From assembly GCA_963844715.1 (NCBI GenBank), contig CAWJPJ010000006.1:1184001-1248000 (forward strand): DNA of 64,000 nucleotides, in the 5' to 3' direction. The DNA comes from an uncultured Phycisphaerales bacterium (GTDB lineage Bacteria > Planctomycetota > Phycisphaerae > Tepidisphaerales > Tepidisphaeraceae). The notes beneath the pieces are model-generated. The model did not search any database. It saw only the letters and a list, made by a program, of their open reading frames with translations, and was not told the origin of the DNA. The position numbers were made by a program, and so were the translations under genes. Within the stretch, counting starts at the first letter, position 1. Every line of letters starts with the position of its first letter. Positions 35,161 through 46,762 of this stretch are shown here, one piece after another.

Positions 35161-37272
35161 ATGCGAAGACGAGTTACCAGTTGCCAGTTGCCAGTTGCCA
35201 GCCAATGCGGGAACCGCTCCCCCATTCGTGATTCGGATTTCGGACTTCGTCATTCGGGTTTCCGCCCTCGCGGCGGCTTCACCCTCGTCGAACTCATGAT
35301 CTCCATCGCCATCGTCCTGGTCCTCATGGTCGGCGTGAACTACGTCTTCAAGAAAACCGCCGACGCCGTCGTCGCCGGACAAACCACCAATACCATGTCC
35401 CGCGACTCCCAGTCTGTTCAGACCGCCCTCTTCGACGATTTCTCCCACATCAACAAAAATCCCCCCTGCTTCATCATCGCCTCGCAGATGGTGGATCAAT
35501 TCCTCAACTCCGCCGACGCCGAGACCGGCAGCGATCCCACCATCGTCGTCCTCGACAACGGCAGCAGCGGCGCAACCCCCACTAAAGTCATCGCCGGCCT
35601 CTACAACTACCGCTGCCACCGCGTCGACATGCTCAAATATTTCGTCCGCGGAAACTATCAGCGCCGCTCCGCCAACGACGGCTCCTTCACCAGCCAGACC
35701 ACCTCCAACGACGCCTTCGTCACGCTCGGCCACGCCCTCCTCCCCACCAACGACTCCATGGATTTCCTCGGCCCCGTGAGCGACAACCTCAACCCCTCCC
35801 TCGCCCCCTTCGGCCAGCTCGCCTCCAACAGCACCACCTCCGGCCTCTGGACCCCCCAGGTCTTCACCACCGGCGCAGGCCCCCAGCAGCGCCTCGGCGC
35901 CTACGCCTCCGATTGGGTCCTCGCCCGCAGCGTCACCCTGCTAAAAGATGTCAACACCAATTACACTTACGTCACCAACTCCAACACCCCCAACGGCTTC
36001 ATCGAACACTTTTACCCGCGCTATCCATACCTTTCCTACACCGCCAGCAGCCCGGGCGTACCGACAACCGTCAACTTTCCTCCCACATACCAGACCACCT
36101 TCGCCTACCCCTACGCCGCAAACGGCTGCAACATGACGCCCCTCGCCTATTACACCCCCGACGACCAAAACTTCACCAACAACCAGCTCACCACCGTCTC
36201 CCATTCCTCCCGCTACGATCTCGCCTGCATTACCCCCGACCAATTCCGCCGCGCCATCGCCGATGAAATTCTCCAGTACCAGCACGCCGGCTACACCGGC
36301 CCCACCGCGTTCCCCTCCCAATTTCATCTCTGGTGGAACCCTCTCATCTACAACCTCCCGGTAACCCAGCAATACGCCGCCGTAATACCCACAACCGTCT
36401 CCCCAACCGTCACCTACTACACCGTGCCCAGCGGCCTCTCCAGTTCGACCGCCCTCTATACCTTCTCCGGCGCCAACGGCGTCACCAGCGGGACCGGCCC
36501 CAACCCCGATCTCGCCCGCGTAGCCGTCAATCCCCAAATTCAAACCCCGCTCACCAGCGCCATGGTCGCCCAGGTTGCCCCCTATCTCCTCCAGCACTGC
36601 TCTCAGTTCATCGTCGAGTACGCCGGCGACTATCTCCAGCAGGACCCCGCCTCGGGCAACCTCACCGGCATCGGACAGGACGGACAAATCGACTACTACA
36701 TCGACGGCAGCGGCAACCACCAAATCCGCTGGTACGGAATGCCCCGCAGCAACTCCGGCGCATCCACCATCTACGGCGTCCCCAATCCCAGTGACACCAA
36801 CGAGCCCTGGAGCACTTATCTCCCCAACGTCGGCACCGCCACCAGCCCAAGCATCGCCATCAATTATCGCCAGATCGCCACCAGCATAACCCAATACACC
36901 TATTACCCCGGCCTCCCCGACGTCATCCCCCTGCGCGATTATTACACCCTCTTTTATAACACCGTCAACGGAACCACCGGCAACCCGTTCATCTACTCTC
37001 CCCCCTGGGAAGTCGACGTGAATTTCGACAATTGCGCCTTCTACGCCAATGCCACCAATCCAAACCTGGGACCCCTGGCAAACACCGCCGGAAACGGCCT
37101 CGGCAACCCCTTCCAGATGAATGACTCCCTCAACCCCCAGGACAACGCCCGTTACGTCGCCGCCTGGTACAACGACATGCCCGCCATGATTCGTATTCTC
37201 ATCAAGGTGGACGACCCGAATGATAAGTTAAAGGACGGACCCTGGTACGAATATGTGTTCAAGTTGAAATGA
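35161..37272 (+). CDS. Prepilin 5, GspJ/PilW-like, 703 aa
   Basis: GG|FTLVELMISIAIVLVLM; C-terminal PAMIRILIKVDDP. Confidence 0.87.
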   Translation: MRRRVTSCQLPVASQCGNRSPIRDSDFGLRHSGFRPRGGFTLVELMISIAIVLVLMVGVNYVFKKTADAVVAGQTTNTMSRDSQSVQTALFDDFSHINKNPPCFIIASQMVDQFLNSADAETGSDPTIVVLDNGSSGATPTKVIAGLYNYRCHRVDMLKYFVRGNYQRRSANDGSFTSQTTSNDAFVTLGHALLPTNDSMDFLGPVSDNLNPSLAPFGQLASNSTTSGLWTPQVFTTGAGPQQRLGAYASDWVLARSVTLLKDVNTNYTYVTNSNTPNGFIEHFYPRYPYLSYTASSPGVPTTVNFPPTYQTTFAYPYAANGCNMTPLAYYTPDDQNFTNNQLTTVSHSSRYDLACITPDQFRRAIADEILQYQHAGYTGPTAFPSQFHLWWNPLIYNLPVTQQYAAVIPTTVSPTVTYYTVPSGLSSSTALYTFSGANGVTSGTGPNPDLARVAVNPQIQTPLTSAMVAQVAPYLLQHCSQFIVEYAGDYLQQDPASGNLTGIGQDGQIDYYIDGSGNHQIRWYGMPRSNSGASTIYGVPNPSDTNEPWSTYLPNVGTATSPSIAINYRQIATSITQYTYYPGLPDVIPLRDYYTLFYNTVNGTTGNPFIYSPPWEVDVNFDNCAFYANATNPNLGPLANTAGNGLGNPFQMNDSLNPQDNARYVAAWYNDMPAMIRILIKVDDPNDKLKDGPWYEYVFKLK

Positions 37273-37277
37273 GAAAG

Positions 37278-37515
37278 GAAAACCCGAATGACGAAGCCCG
37301 AAACCAGAATCAATGACCCAAGCCCGAATGAGTTACCCGATGCTCATCGCGGGTCTTTCTGAGGCCTCCGCCCACGGTACCCCGCGGGTGGAGAAAGGAT
37401 CCGGTCATTCGGATTTGTCGCCACGGCGACTCGCCTGCGGAGAGATTCGTCATTCTGGTTTCTGGTTTCGGATTTCCCGTTGATTCGTCATTCGGATTTC
37501 GTCATTCGGATTTTC
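37278..37515. repeat. Composite inverted-repeat element (aatgac/gtcatt, aaaccag/ctggttt) with a nested cgccacggcg
   Basis: gaaaacccgaatgacgaagcccgaaaccagaatcaatgac ... gtcattctggtttctggtttcggatt...ttcgtcattcggatttcgtcattcggattttc. Confidence 0.88.
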
Positions 37516-37533
37516 AAAGCCGGGTAAAAGAGT

Positions 37534-40500
37534 ATGAAGCTCGCTCATTTAACTTCACGCCGCTGGAAAAAAGGATCAGTCCTCCTATTGGTCATCGTCC
37601 TGCTCCTCCTCCTCTCCATCCTCGGCACCGCCTTCATCTCCACCAGCCACAATGACCGAATCAACTCCCAGCAAAATATCCTCAACGTCCAAAGCGAAGC
37701 CAACTTCGACGGCCTATCAAAAATCATCGGGGGGTTGTTTGTCGATGATCTTAACGATGCCCTGGGCAACTTCCGTGGAATGATGACTTCGTCGTTCCCG
37801 CCAGGTTATCTCGGCCAATGGAACGCCGCGCAAACATACTCCGCAGGCAATACCGTAAACGACCCGGCTAATCCCGCTAACTTCTACACCTGCATAAAAA
37901 ATACCCTCACGCCGGGAATCTTACTCACCAACACGACCTATTGGTCCGCGCCCTTTCCGTGGTCGAATCCACGCTCAACTTTCCGCGGAGTATGGTCGCC
38001 CCTCCTAACCTACGGCTATGGAGACACCGTGGCGTACGAGGGAAACCCGGCCGTCGTCGGCGGCGGAGTTATCCCGGTCTTTTATTACGCCAATAACCCA
38101 ACTACGCCGCCCGTCACCGGAACCGCCCCCCCAAACCCGGCGGCGCATGGACTTTGGCTACTCACCTTCCCTTCACCGCCATGGGACCTGCTCAACCCTG
38201 GCTTGCTGATCGAATTCCATCCGTTGCGGATCCGTCGCAGCCGCTCGAGGGCACCGCCTCAGGGGGTACCGTAAATCAGCCTTATTGGCAGAATATCTCT
38301 CACTCGGGAACAGCCGGCGCATTATCCGTCCTCGGTTTGCCGTTCGAATCGCCTGATGGCAGCGCGATGTTCGGAACCCTTCCAAGCACGGGGCTTTATC
38401 CCGGCTATGCAACTCTCGCTAACGTGACCGTCCCGACCCTGAGTGATACATCCCTCGACACATTTCCGGAAACGTCGCCATTACCCGCCCTTCCGTTGCA
38501 AGCCGCATACGACGGTATCAATACCGGCGGGCATATAGTGATAGCCGCCGACGCCGACGGCGACGGCATCGCCGATTCTCTCCTCTTCCGAATCCCTGGC
38601 GCCAATTTTGACGGCCTCACCTGGTATGCCGCCGTCCGCATCATCGACAACAACTCCGCCATCAACGTCAACACCGCCTGGACCCGCGACAACGAATACT
38701 CCTACCCCGCCGGCGGCAACGTCTCGCAGCTCACCAACTGGGGCTTCTTCCAGTCCGGCGTCGGACTTTTGGAAATGCTCAATGACGGAAATCTCGGCAT
38801 GCGCCCCGGCGGCGATCTCGCCACAGTTCCTGCTGGCTGGGGGGCGACTGCCGTGCAGATTAACCCCGCCTTCAACCAGTACCGCTTCAACGTCCCCGCC
38901 ACCGAAAATCCCCCCATGGCCGGACGTGTCTCTGGACTTTACGCTCAGTCCGGCGGCATCCCCCTGGACGAGACCTGGCAAACGACCTTCACGGCACCAC
39001 AGGACGTCACCGCCCGTGATGGAGATTTCGTTTACGTCTCGCCCGGCGACGCCTTTGAACACCAGCTCATCGACCGTCTTGATAACCCGGGCTTCAACAC
39101 CTACACCGCCGGCAACCCCGCGGTAGGAAACAACCGGTTCCAGGCCATCCCCTTCAGCGATGAGGCGGCCCTCGCCTATCATTTCGGCATCCCCAATTCC
39201 AACACCGGCCAAACCCTTCTCGAAAGCCTTCTTCCCTACTCGCTGAGCTACTACCAGAACAACCGCGTCATCACGGGCTCGGCCTCTCCATTCAGCGATT
39301 ACAATATTTCGATAGGCGGCTCAAACACGACGCTCGCGACAACCACGGATGAAAACAAAAACGTCCCCGCGACCCCGGCGAACGCCACGACGACCAACGT
39401 CCTCCCCACCGCGCCCTACGGCGCTTTTCCCGTCTCGGACGTCGGAACCTGGTGGTATCAGAACTTCGATTACAACACCCTCGCCAACTGGCAGGCCGCC
39501 GGTGGAAATCCCAGCTATATGCCCCTTCGCCCTCTGCTCGTCACCCGAAACCCCGTCTCCAACTACATCGATCCCGTCTACGACTCCGGCATCTGCGATC
39601 CCCAGCAGCCTATGGACACTCTGCCGCAGTCCTCATTTCCCGGGGAGGGCGAGCCGCTCGGGCAAGTGATGCTCCCTTACTACGGGACCGTCGCCGGCAA
39701 CCAGTACCAAGGCACCTGGTCCGCCACCCCGCCCGCCGGCGCTTACAAGTTGTACGACGTCGTCTCCTACAACGGCTACTACTTCTACTGCTTAACTCCG
39801 CCCGGAACCGGCGCTGCCGCCGGCTTCGGGCACCATGGTCAACGGCAACTTCGTCATCACCGGCTACGACGCGAACTGGGGAACCTGGGGACAATATAAA
39901 GGTCTTTGGAACACCGCTGCACTCTACCGCTTCAACGACCTCGTCACCGAGACCGACCCGGCCACGGGCGATACTTACACCTATGTCAGCGTCGACGATG
40001 CGAACCAGAACTTTAATCCCGTTACTACAGTGGCTGGCGCCCCGCTCAGCGGGTATCCCCAAAACCTGCAACACTGGCAGCTTCAGCCCATTAGCCGGCA
40101 CCCCGTCAAGACCAACATCAACACAGCCACCTTCCGTGAACTCTATCGCGCATTCTGGTCCGTCATGGCCGGAAATCCCGCCAATTCGTGTCCTTTCGCC
40201 CCAACCCCTGCCGGGCCCGCCGCCCCCAACTATCAGAACGCCAGTACCTACGATAGCCCTTACACTCTAGCCAACGCAGGTGCGTTAAATATCCCGTGGC
40301 ACATGTTCCGTTCCGTCCTGCGCGATCCAACGGCGCCCGCCGCCCCAGCAACACCGAATACTTTCATGGACCCCACCAACGTCGCAGCCCTGCGCGCGGC
40401 GTTGGCCGCAGTGAACGCCTTAGGCCTGCGCGATCAGACCCAGACGATCATCAGCCGAACCATCTGGCTCGCCGCCTATGTGAACAATGTCGCCTCCGTG

Positions 40501-42754
40501 GTTGAGGCGCGCGTCTGACAGCGCCATCCCACAGCCGATTATCAGCGAAGTCTACGCCGACAATGACATTTCCACCGGGAACCTGAAAGGTTACGTCGCC
40601 ATCGAGCTTTACAATCCCTACAACACGCCTATCACGATGAACAATTGGCAGGCGGGGATCATTAATCGCCAAAACCCCGGTGTTTATCCCGCCATGAGCT
40701 TGACGCCTGTAGCGGCCAATGCCCTCCTCTACACGGAAATGTTCCCTGAAAATACCGCACCCCTCCCCTCCGACGCGACCAATGTCGCCTCGCCAGCCTT
40801 AACGGAAAACCAAAACGCGATCGCCATTCCCGCGCATGGCTATGCTCTCCTAGAGAATTACGACGCCAGCGCTTCACATGGCGGCAACGCCGACCTCGTT
40901 TATGACGCCAAGACCCGCGCGCCAAATTGCACGATACCGACCGGAGCCCCCTGGACTGGCTCAGGAGCCACCAACAATACCGTGGACGTATACATTCCAG
41001 GATTGTCAAAGGTAATCCAGGACGTCGCGCCCGTCACCGGCGGCGAATTCGTCCTCCTTCGCCCGCGCCGTGCGGACGGGACGTACACCCAAAACATTAC
41101 GACTAATCAGACTTACGACCCATTGAATGACTACAACGAAGGAGCGCCGTCGCCCGGCACGCCCAACCTTTACGACCTGGTCCCCGTCGATTCATACGAC
41201 TTCACAGGTTTTCAAACCACAGCCATCACGCCTTATACCGCGTGGAGCTACCTCCGCGCGAAAAGCCAGAATAACGGCTTCTTTGCCTTCAATCCTGGAC
41301 CCTACGTCGGCACCAATGCCGGAATTACTTTCCCCCGCCAATACCCAGGCACCGACGCGGAACAATTCGGTGGTGCGGGCTTCCCCGCTACTCCCCAATG
41401 GCGAGCAGCGGCTCCCCCGCTGGGAGCATCCACCCCAAACTTCGGACCCATATACACGGCATCGTCTGCGGCAAGCTATTTGGACGTACCGACGGTACCA
41501 ATCCAAATCTATAACCAGGGAATGCCCGGACCAAACCCAACGGTGACCCCGGCCAATCCACCCACGGTTGCCAGCGGGACCACGACTTCCCCGCCCCAGC
41601 AGTTCCCGTTTGGCAGCTTCGCCCGCAACGGCGACATCCTCAACGTCCCTTACATCGGCGCTTATCGCCTGCGCGTCGTCATCCAGGCATCTAAGGTCAT
41701 CCCATTCACGCCAACCAACCCTGTGGCGGATTTCCTTGAACTGAATTCTCTTCCGATGGATGCGTCTCTCGCCGACGATGGAGATACGAACGATGACGGG
41801 TACGAGAACGTGGGACGCTTCGGGCCAATGGAAAGCAGCGCCAATCCCGACGCACCGTCATGGTACGACTGGACGGCCCGGCTGTTTGACTACCTGACCG
41901 TCCAGTCCAACAGCAGCAATTTGACGCCCAACTTTGATCCCGGATTCAACGATCCGGGCACCAATACGGCCGGGGGTGCACAGCCGACGTATCCGTATGC
42001 ACAGAAGTACTGGCCCGCGTCTCAGTCGGGTAATCCGACGTCATACGGATTCGCGCCGTACTCCGTAGGCCCTCCGGCATCCGGTTATGCCAACCCAACC
42101 GGGGCCACTGCTCAGCCGACCCCCGTGTTTAGCCCCGATGCCACGGCCACCAACCAAATGAGTCAGGACAACGCCGGCGTTGACGGCCTCATCAACATCA
42201 ACACCGCCAGTTGGAAAGTCCTCAGCATGTTGCCCTTCGTAACTGCCGCCGACGATGCAAACTATGCTATCGACGATGAAACGATTGCCCAGGCCATTGT
42301 CACCTATCGCAATGGCAACGGTCCCTTCACATCCATCTTTGATCTAAACAAGGTTCCCGGTTTCCAAACCGGGAACGGCAAATTCGCTCTGGGACAGGAT
42401 CCGACCCAAATGGGCATCACGGGAACCCCCGATACGGTCTTTACCGCCGCAAAGGGCGCCGGCGTCCTCACCAATGTCAATTTTGCCAATGAGTATCGCT
42501 CCGCCAACATGGTCCTAAACCGCATCAGCAACCTCATCACCACGCGCTCCGACACCTTCACCGTTTACATCGTCGTCGAAGGCTGGCAAAACGCCATCCT
42601 CCCCGGCCAAGTCGCCTACAATCCAACCACCCCGACCGGCCCGCCCCCCATCCTCAAAGTCACCAAGCGTTTTTCCTTCATCGCCGATCGAAGCCAGATC
42701 AATTCCGACCTCAACACCCGTTTCCTAAAAACCCTGGTCATTCAAAATAATTGA
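37534..42754 (+). CDS. Giant GspK/PilX-like pilus tip protein, about 1700 aa (indels near 38150, 39830, 40515)
   Basis: KKG|SVLLLVIVLLLLLSILGTAF; DADGDGIADS; IIDNNSAINVNTA; HhH-like ININTAS...GPFTSIFDL; NLITTRSDTFTVYIVV. Confidence 0.82.
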
Positions 42755-42794
42755 TTGCGAGTTGGCCGCCACGGCGGCTCTGCGACCAGTTGCC
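42755..42794. repeat. Left 40-bp arm, inverted partner of 58309-58348
   Basis: ttgcgagttggccgccacggcggctctgcgaccagttgcc; 35/40 match to the reverse complement of 58309-58348 by manual alignment. Confidence 0.8.
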
Positions 42795-43061
42795 CGCCCT
42801 GAGCTTCGTCGAAGGGCCAGCCCGAGCCCGATCCTTCTACTCTCCACCTTCTACTTTCCACCCTGTACGTGCAGCTCGCCATCCTCTAGCGCAGCTCCCC
42901 ACTCTCTAGCGCAGCTCGCCAACCTGACGCACCACAAGACGAATTGACGCAGCCAGCGCACCATGACCCACCCACGCCTCGCCTCGTCCCGATTTTGTGC
43001 GCTGCGGCTTACGCCCCCGCGGAACTAGATTCACCTCAGGCGGGTCCGCACAGGGTCCGAC

Positions 43062-45389
43062 ATGAAGCGAATCGCAATCGTTGTCGATGGCATCGTTCAA
43101 GGCGTCGGCTTCCGGCCCTTTGTGTATGGGTTAGCAACGAAATACCAACTGGGCGGCTTCGTCAGAAACAACGCCGGCAGCGTTGAGATCGAAGCCGAGG
43201 GGACGCCCGCCGATCTCGACCAGTTTATGCGGGCGATCACCGCCAGTCCCCCGCCGCTGGCGAGCATCCAGAACATTTCCTCCCGCTCGCAACCGCCCCG
43301 CGGCCAAACCCAGTTCCAGATCGTACCAAGCCAAAGAAACGATTCGCCCAACCGCGAGATTTTCATTTCCCCCGACGTCGCGACCTGCGACGAATGCCTG
43401 CTCGATCTGTTCGATCCGCGAAACCGCCGGCATCTTTATCCATTCGTCAACTGCACCAATTGCGGCCCGCGACTCACGATCGTCCAAGGCGCTCCCTATG
43501 ACAGAAACCGCACGACGATGGCGTCCTTTGAGATGTGCCCCGATTGCCGCCGCGAATATGAAAATCCGTCCGACCGCCGATTTCACGCCCAGCCCACGTG
43601 TTGCCCCGTCTGCGGGCCGCGCCTGGAGATTTTGGATGCAGCCGGGAAGAGAATTGCGACGGCCGATCCGATCCGCGATCTCTCCGACGCCTTGAAAAAC
43701 GGAAGAATCGCCGCGATCAAAGGCCTCGGCGGTTATCACCTCGCCTGCGATGCGCGAAATGAAGAGACGGTTGCCGAACTTCGCCGCCGCAAGCATCGCG
43801 AGGAAAAACCCCTGGCGATCATGGTCCGCGACATCGCCACGGCACGGCTGTTGTGCGAAGTAAATCAAGCCGAAGAAAAGCTCCTGAATTCCTGGCGGCG
43901 TCCAATCGTTTTATTGCGAAAAAAGACCGAAATTTCAGCCCAAATCGCCGCCTCCGTCGCGCCGAATAATCCCTGGCTTGGCGTGATGCTTCCATACACG
44001 CCCGTGCATCATCTCCTGCTCAAGGCTATGGATGGAATCCCCCTTGTGATGACGAGCGGGAATAGTTCGGACGAGCCGATTGCGTTCATCGATGACGATG
44101 CGGTCGCGCGCCTGGGAACGATTGCGGACGTGTTCTTAACTCACAATCGCCCGATTCACGTCCGCTGTGACGATTCGGTGACACGGATTGTCGAGGGGCG
44201 TGAGCTTCCGATTCGCCGTTCCCGCGGCTACGCCCCCCAGCCGATTCATTTGCCCACAAAATGCCCGGTCCCAACTCTCGCCACGGGCAGCCAGCTCAAA
44301 GCGACATTTGCCCTCGCGAATGCGGATCACGCCTTCATCAGTCATCACCTGGGCGATTTGGATCATCTCGAAGCGGCCCGGGCGTTTGAGCGGGACGTCG
44401 CCCTATATGAGGACCTGTTCGAGATTCGGCCGCGATTAATCGCCCACGATATGCATCCGGATTACGTTTCAACGCATTACGCGGCCCGGCGCGCAAAGCA
44501 GGAGGGGCTGGAACTCCTGGCGATACAGCATCATCACGCGCACATGGCCAGTTGCATGGCGGAAAATGGATTGGATGAAAGAGTCATTGGCGTCTCGTTC
44601 GACGGCACCGGCTTCGGAACCGACGAAACCGTTTGGGGCGGCGAATTCCTGCTGGGCGATTATCACGGATTCGAAAGAGCCGCCCATTTGCGCTGCGTCG
44701 GAATGCCCGGAGGCGAAAAGGCCATCCACGAGCCCTGGCGAATGGCGGTTTCCCATCTGACGGACGCCGGGTGTGACGATTCCTCCATCGCGGCGCGGGT
44801 TGGAGGGATTTCGATCAAAGCCGTTCGGCGAATGATATCGCGGCAATTCAACACGCCGCAGACAAGCAGCGCGGGGCGATTATTTGACGCGGTTGCCTCC
44901 CTGGCGGGAATTAGAGACCGAGTCAGCTATGAGGGGCAGGCCGCCATCGAGATGGAACATTTGGCGACGGGGCTCGAAGTGAATGGAAGTTATCCGTTCG
45001 AAATCTCCGGCGACGGTCCCTGGGTGGTGGATACCCGCCCCCTGATTGGCGCGGTTCTTGCTGATGTGAACAAAGGAACGAAATCCGGCGTTATGGCGCG
45101 GCGGTTTCATTCGACCGTGGCGGTCATGATCGCGTCCGCGTGCCGGAAGATTGCCAAATCGAGCGGCGTCACGACCGTCGTGCTTAGCGGCGGAGTGTTT
45201 CTGAACGCGTTGCTCACCGGAGAATGCGCAGCGCGGCTGGAATCGGAAGGATTCCAGGTGTTCCGCCACAAGCTCGTCCCGCCAAACGACGGCGGATTGA
45301 GCCTCGGGCAATTGGCGATCGCCGCGGCGTTGGGGAAGGCCTCTCACGGCCAGGAGTCGATATGTGCCTCGCTATCCCGGGCAAAGTAA
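43062..45389 (+). CDS. hypF: Carbamoyltransferase HypF
   Basis: GIVQGVGFRPFVY, Zn fingers NCTNCGPR and RRFHAQPTCCPVCGP, QHHHAH, PPNDGGLSLGQ. Confidence 0.98.
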   Translation: MKRIAIVVDGIVQGVGFRPFVYGLATKYQLGGFVRNNAGSVEIEAEGTPADLDQFMRAITASPPPLASIQNISSRSQPPRGQTQFQIVPSQRNDSPNREIFISPDVATCDECLLDLFDPRNRRHLYPFVNCTNCGPRLTIVQGAPYDRNRTTMASFEMCPDCRREYENPSDRRFHAQPTCCPVCGPRLEILDAAGKRIATADPIRDLSDALKNGRIAAIKGLGGYHLACDARNEETVAELRRRKHREEKPLAIMVRDIATARLLCEVNQAEEKLLNSWRRPIVLLRKKTEISAQIAASVAPNNPWLGVMLPYTPVHHLLLKAMDGIPLVMTSGNSSDEPIAFIDDDAVARLGTIADVFLTHNRPIHVRCDDSVTRIVEGRELPIRRSRGYAPQPIHLPTKCPVPTLATGSQLKATFALANADHAFISHHLGDLDHLEAARAFERDVALYEDLFEIRPRLIAHDMHPDYVSTHYAARRAKQEGLELLAIQHHHAHMASCMAENGLDERVIGVSFDGTGFGTDETVWGGEFLLGDYHGFERAAHLRCVGMPGGEKAIHEPWRMAVSHLTDAGCDDSSIAARVGGISIKAVRRMISRQFNTPQTSSAGRLFDAVASLAGIRDRVSYEGQAAIEMEHLATGLEVNGSYPFEISGDGPWVVDTRPLIGAVLADVNKGTKSGVMARRFHSTVAVMIASACRKIAKSSGVTTVVLSGGVFLNALLTGECAARLESEGFQVFRHKLVPPNDGGLSLGQLAIAAALGKASHGQESICASLSRAK

Positions 45390-45620
45390 TTCAAACCTAC
45401 GCGGAACACGACGTCCTGATGGGCAAAGTTGACTTCAGCGGCGTCACCAAGCGCGTCTGCCTCGCCCACGTGCCGACCGCCAAGGTTGGAGACTACGTGC
45501 TCGTGCACGTCGGTTTTGCGACTCCAGGCGATCGACGAAGACGAAGCGCACAAGGTCTTTGAGTTTCTGGAAAAGATGAACCAGCTTGACGAAATCAACG
45601 AGCCGCAACCCACCCCATGA
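45362..45620 (+). CDS. hypC: Hydrogenase chaperone HypC (frameshift near 45520)
   Basis: [19 protein letters not shown]. Confidence 0.95.
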
Positions 45621-46762
45621 AATATCTCGACGAATATCGCGACGCGACAGCGGCCTCGAAGCTGGCCGACGCGATCGCGCACACTGTGACCCGCCCATGG
45701 ACGATCATGGAAGTCTGCGGCGGGCAGACCCATACGATCGTGAAATACGGCATCGACGAAATCCTGCCCCAGGAAATCGAGCTGGTTCATGGCCCCGGCT
45801 GCCCGGTTTGCGTCACCAGCCTGGAGATGATCGATCGAGCCCACGCAATCGCCGCCCGACCGGAGGTAACCTTCTGTTCCTTTGGCGACATGCTCCGCGT
45901 CCCGGGAAGTCGCGGGGATCTCCTCTCGCTCAAATCGCAGGGCGCCGATGTGCGCACGGTCTATTCCCCCCTGGATGCCGTGAATCTCGCGGCGGCGAAT
46001 CCAAATCGCAAGGTGGTCTTTTTCGCCATCGGTTTTGAGACGACGGCCCCGCCGAATGCCATGGCGGTTTGGATGGCGCACCAAAGGAAGTTGATGAATT
46101 TCAGCGTCCTGGTGTCGCACGTAACGGTGCCGCAGTCGATGACTTCGATTTTACAGGCGGAAGGAAACCGGGTCCGCGGTTTTCTGGGACCCGGGCATGT
46201 CTGCACCGTGATGGGATACGAGGAATACGAACCGATCGCCAGGCATTATCGAGTGCCGATCGTCATCACCGGATTCGAGCCGGTGGACATGCTGGAGGGC
46301 GTGCTGATGACGGTCAGGCAGTTGGAAAGCGGCCGGGCCGAGGTGGAGAACCAGTATAGCCGAGCGGTCTTGCGCGAGGGGAATGTGCATTCCCGGAAGC
46401 TGATCGACGAGGTCTTCGAGATTTGCGATCGCAAATGGCGCGGCGTGGGTCTGATCCCGAAAAGCGGCTACAAGCTCCGCCACGAATATCGCGACCACGA
46501 CGCCGAGCGGATTTTCGAAGTCGAGAACATCTCGACCGAGGAGTCGTCCATTTGCATCAGCGGGCAGGTCTTGCGGGGCTTGAAGAAACCGCACCAGTGC
46601 CCGGCCTTTGGGAAGACGTGCACTCCGCAAACCCCGCTGGGGGCCACAATGGTTTCGGCCGAAGGCGCATGCGCCGCTTACTACCACTACGGCCGGCATC
46701 TCGATGCAAATCGCAATCGATCCACAATCTCACTGCCGGTCACGGCGGGAGCGCACGCATGA
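45617..46762 (+). CDS. hypD: Hydrogenase maturation protein HypD
   Basis: [39 protein letters not shown]. Confidence 0.98.
   Translation: MKYLDEYRDATAASKLADAIAHTVTRPWTIMEVCGGQTHTIVKYGIDEILPQEIELVHGPGCPVCVTSLEMIDRAHAIAARPEVTFCSFGDMLRVPGSRGDLLSLKSQGADVRTVYSPLDAVNLAAANPNRKVVFFAIGFETTAPPNAMAVWMAHQRKLMNFSVLVSHVTVPQSMTSILQAEGNRVRGFLGPGHVCTVMGYEEYEPIARHYRVPIVITGFEPVDMLEGVLMTVRQLESGRAEVENQYSRAVLREGNVHSRKLIDEVFEICDRKWRGVGLIPKSGYKLRHEYRDHDAERIFEVENISTEESSICISGQVLRGLKKPHQCPAFGKTCTPQTPLGATMVSAEGACAAYYHYGRHLDANRNRSTISLPVTAGAHA

Noticed and set aside
30257..37515. CRISPR array or diversity-generating retroelement at the pilin repeats
   Set aside because: No constant repeat with unique spacers, no cas or reverse transcriptase gene, and no template/variable repeat pair seen.
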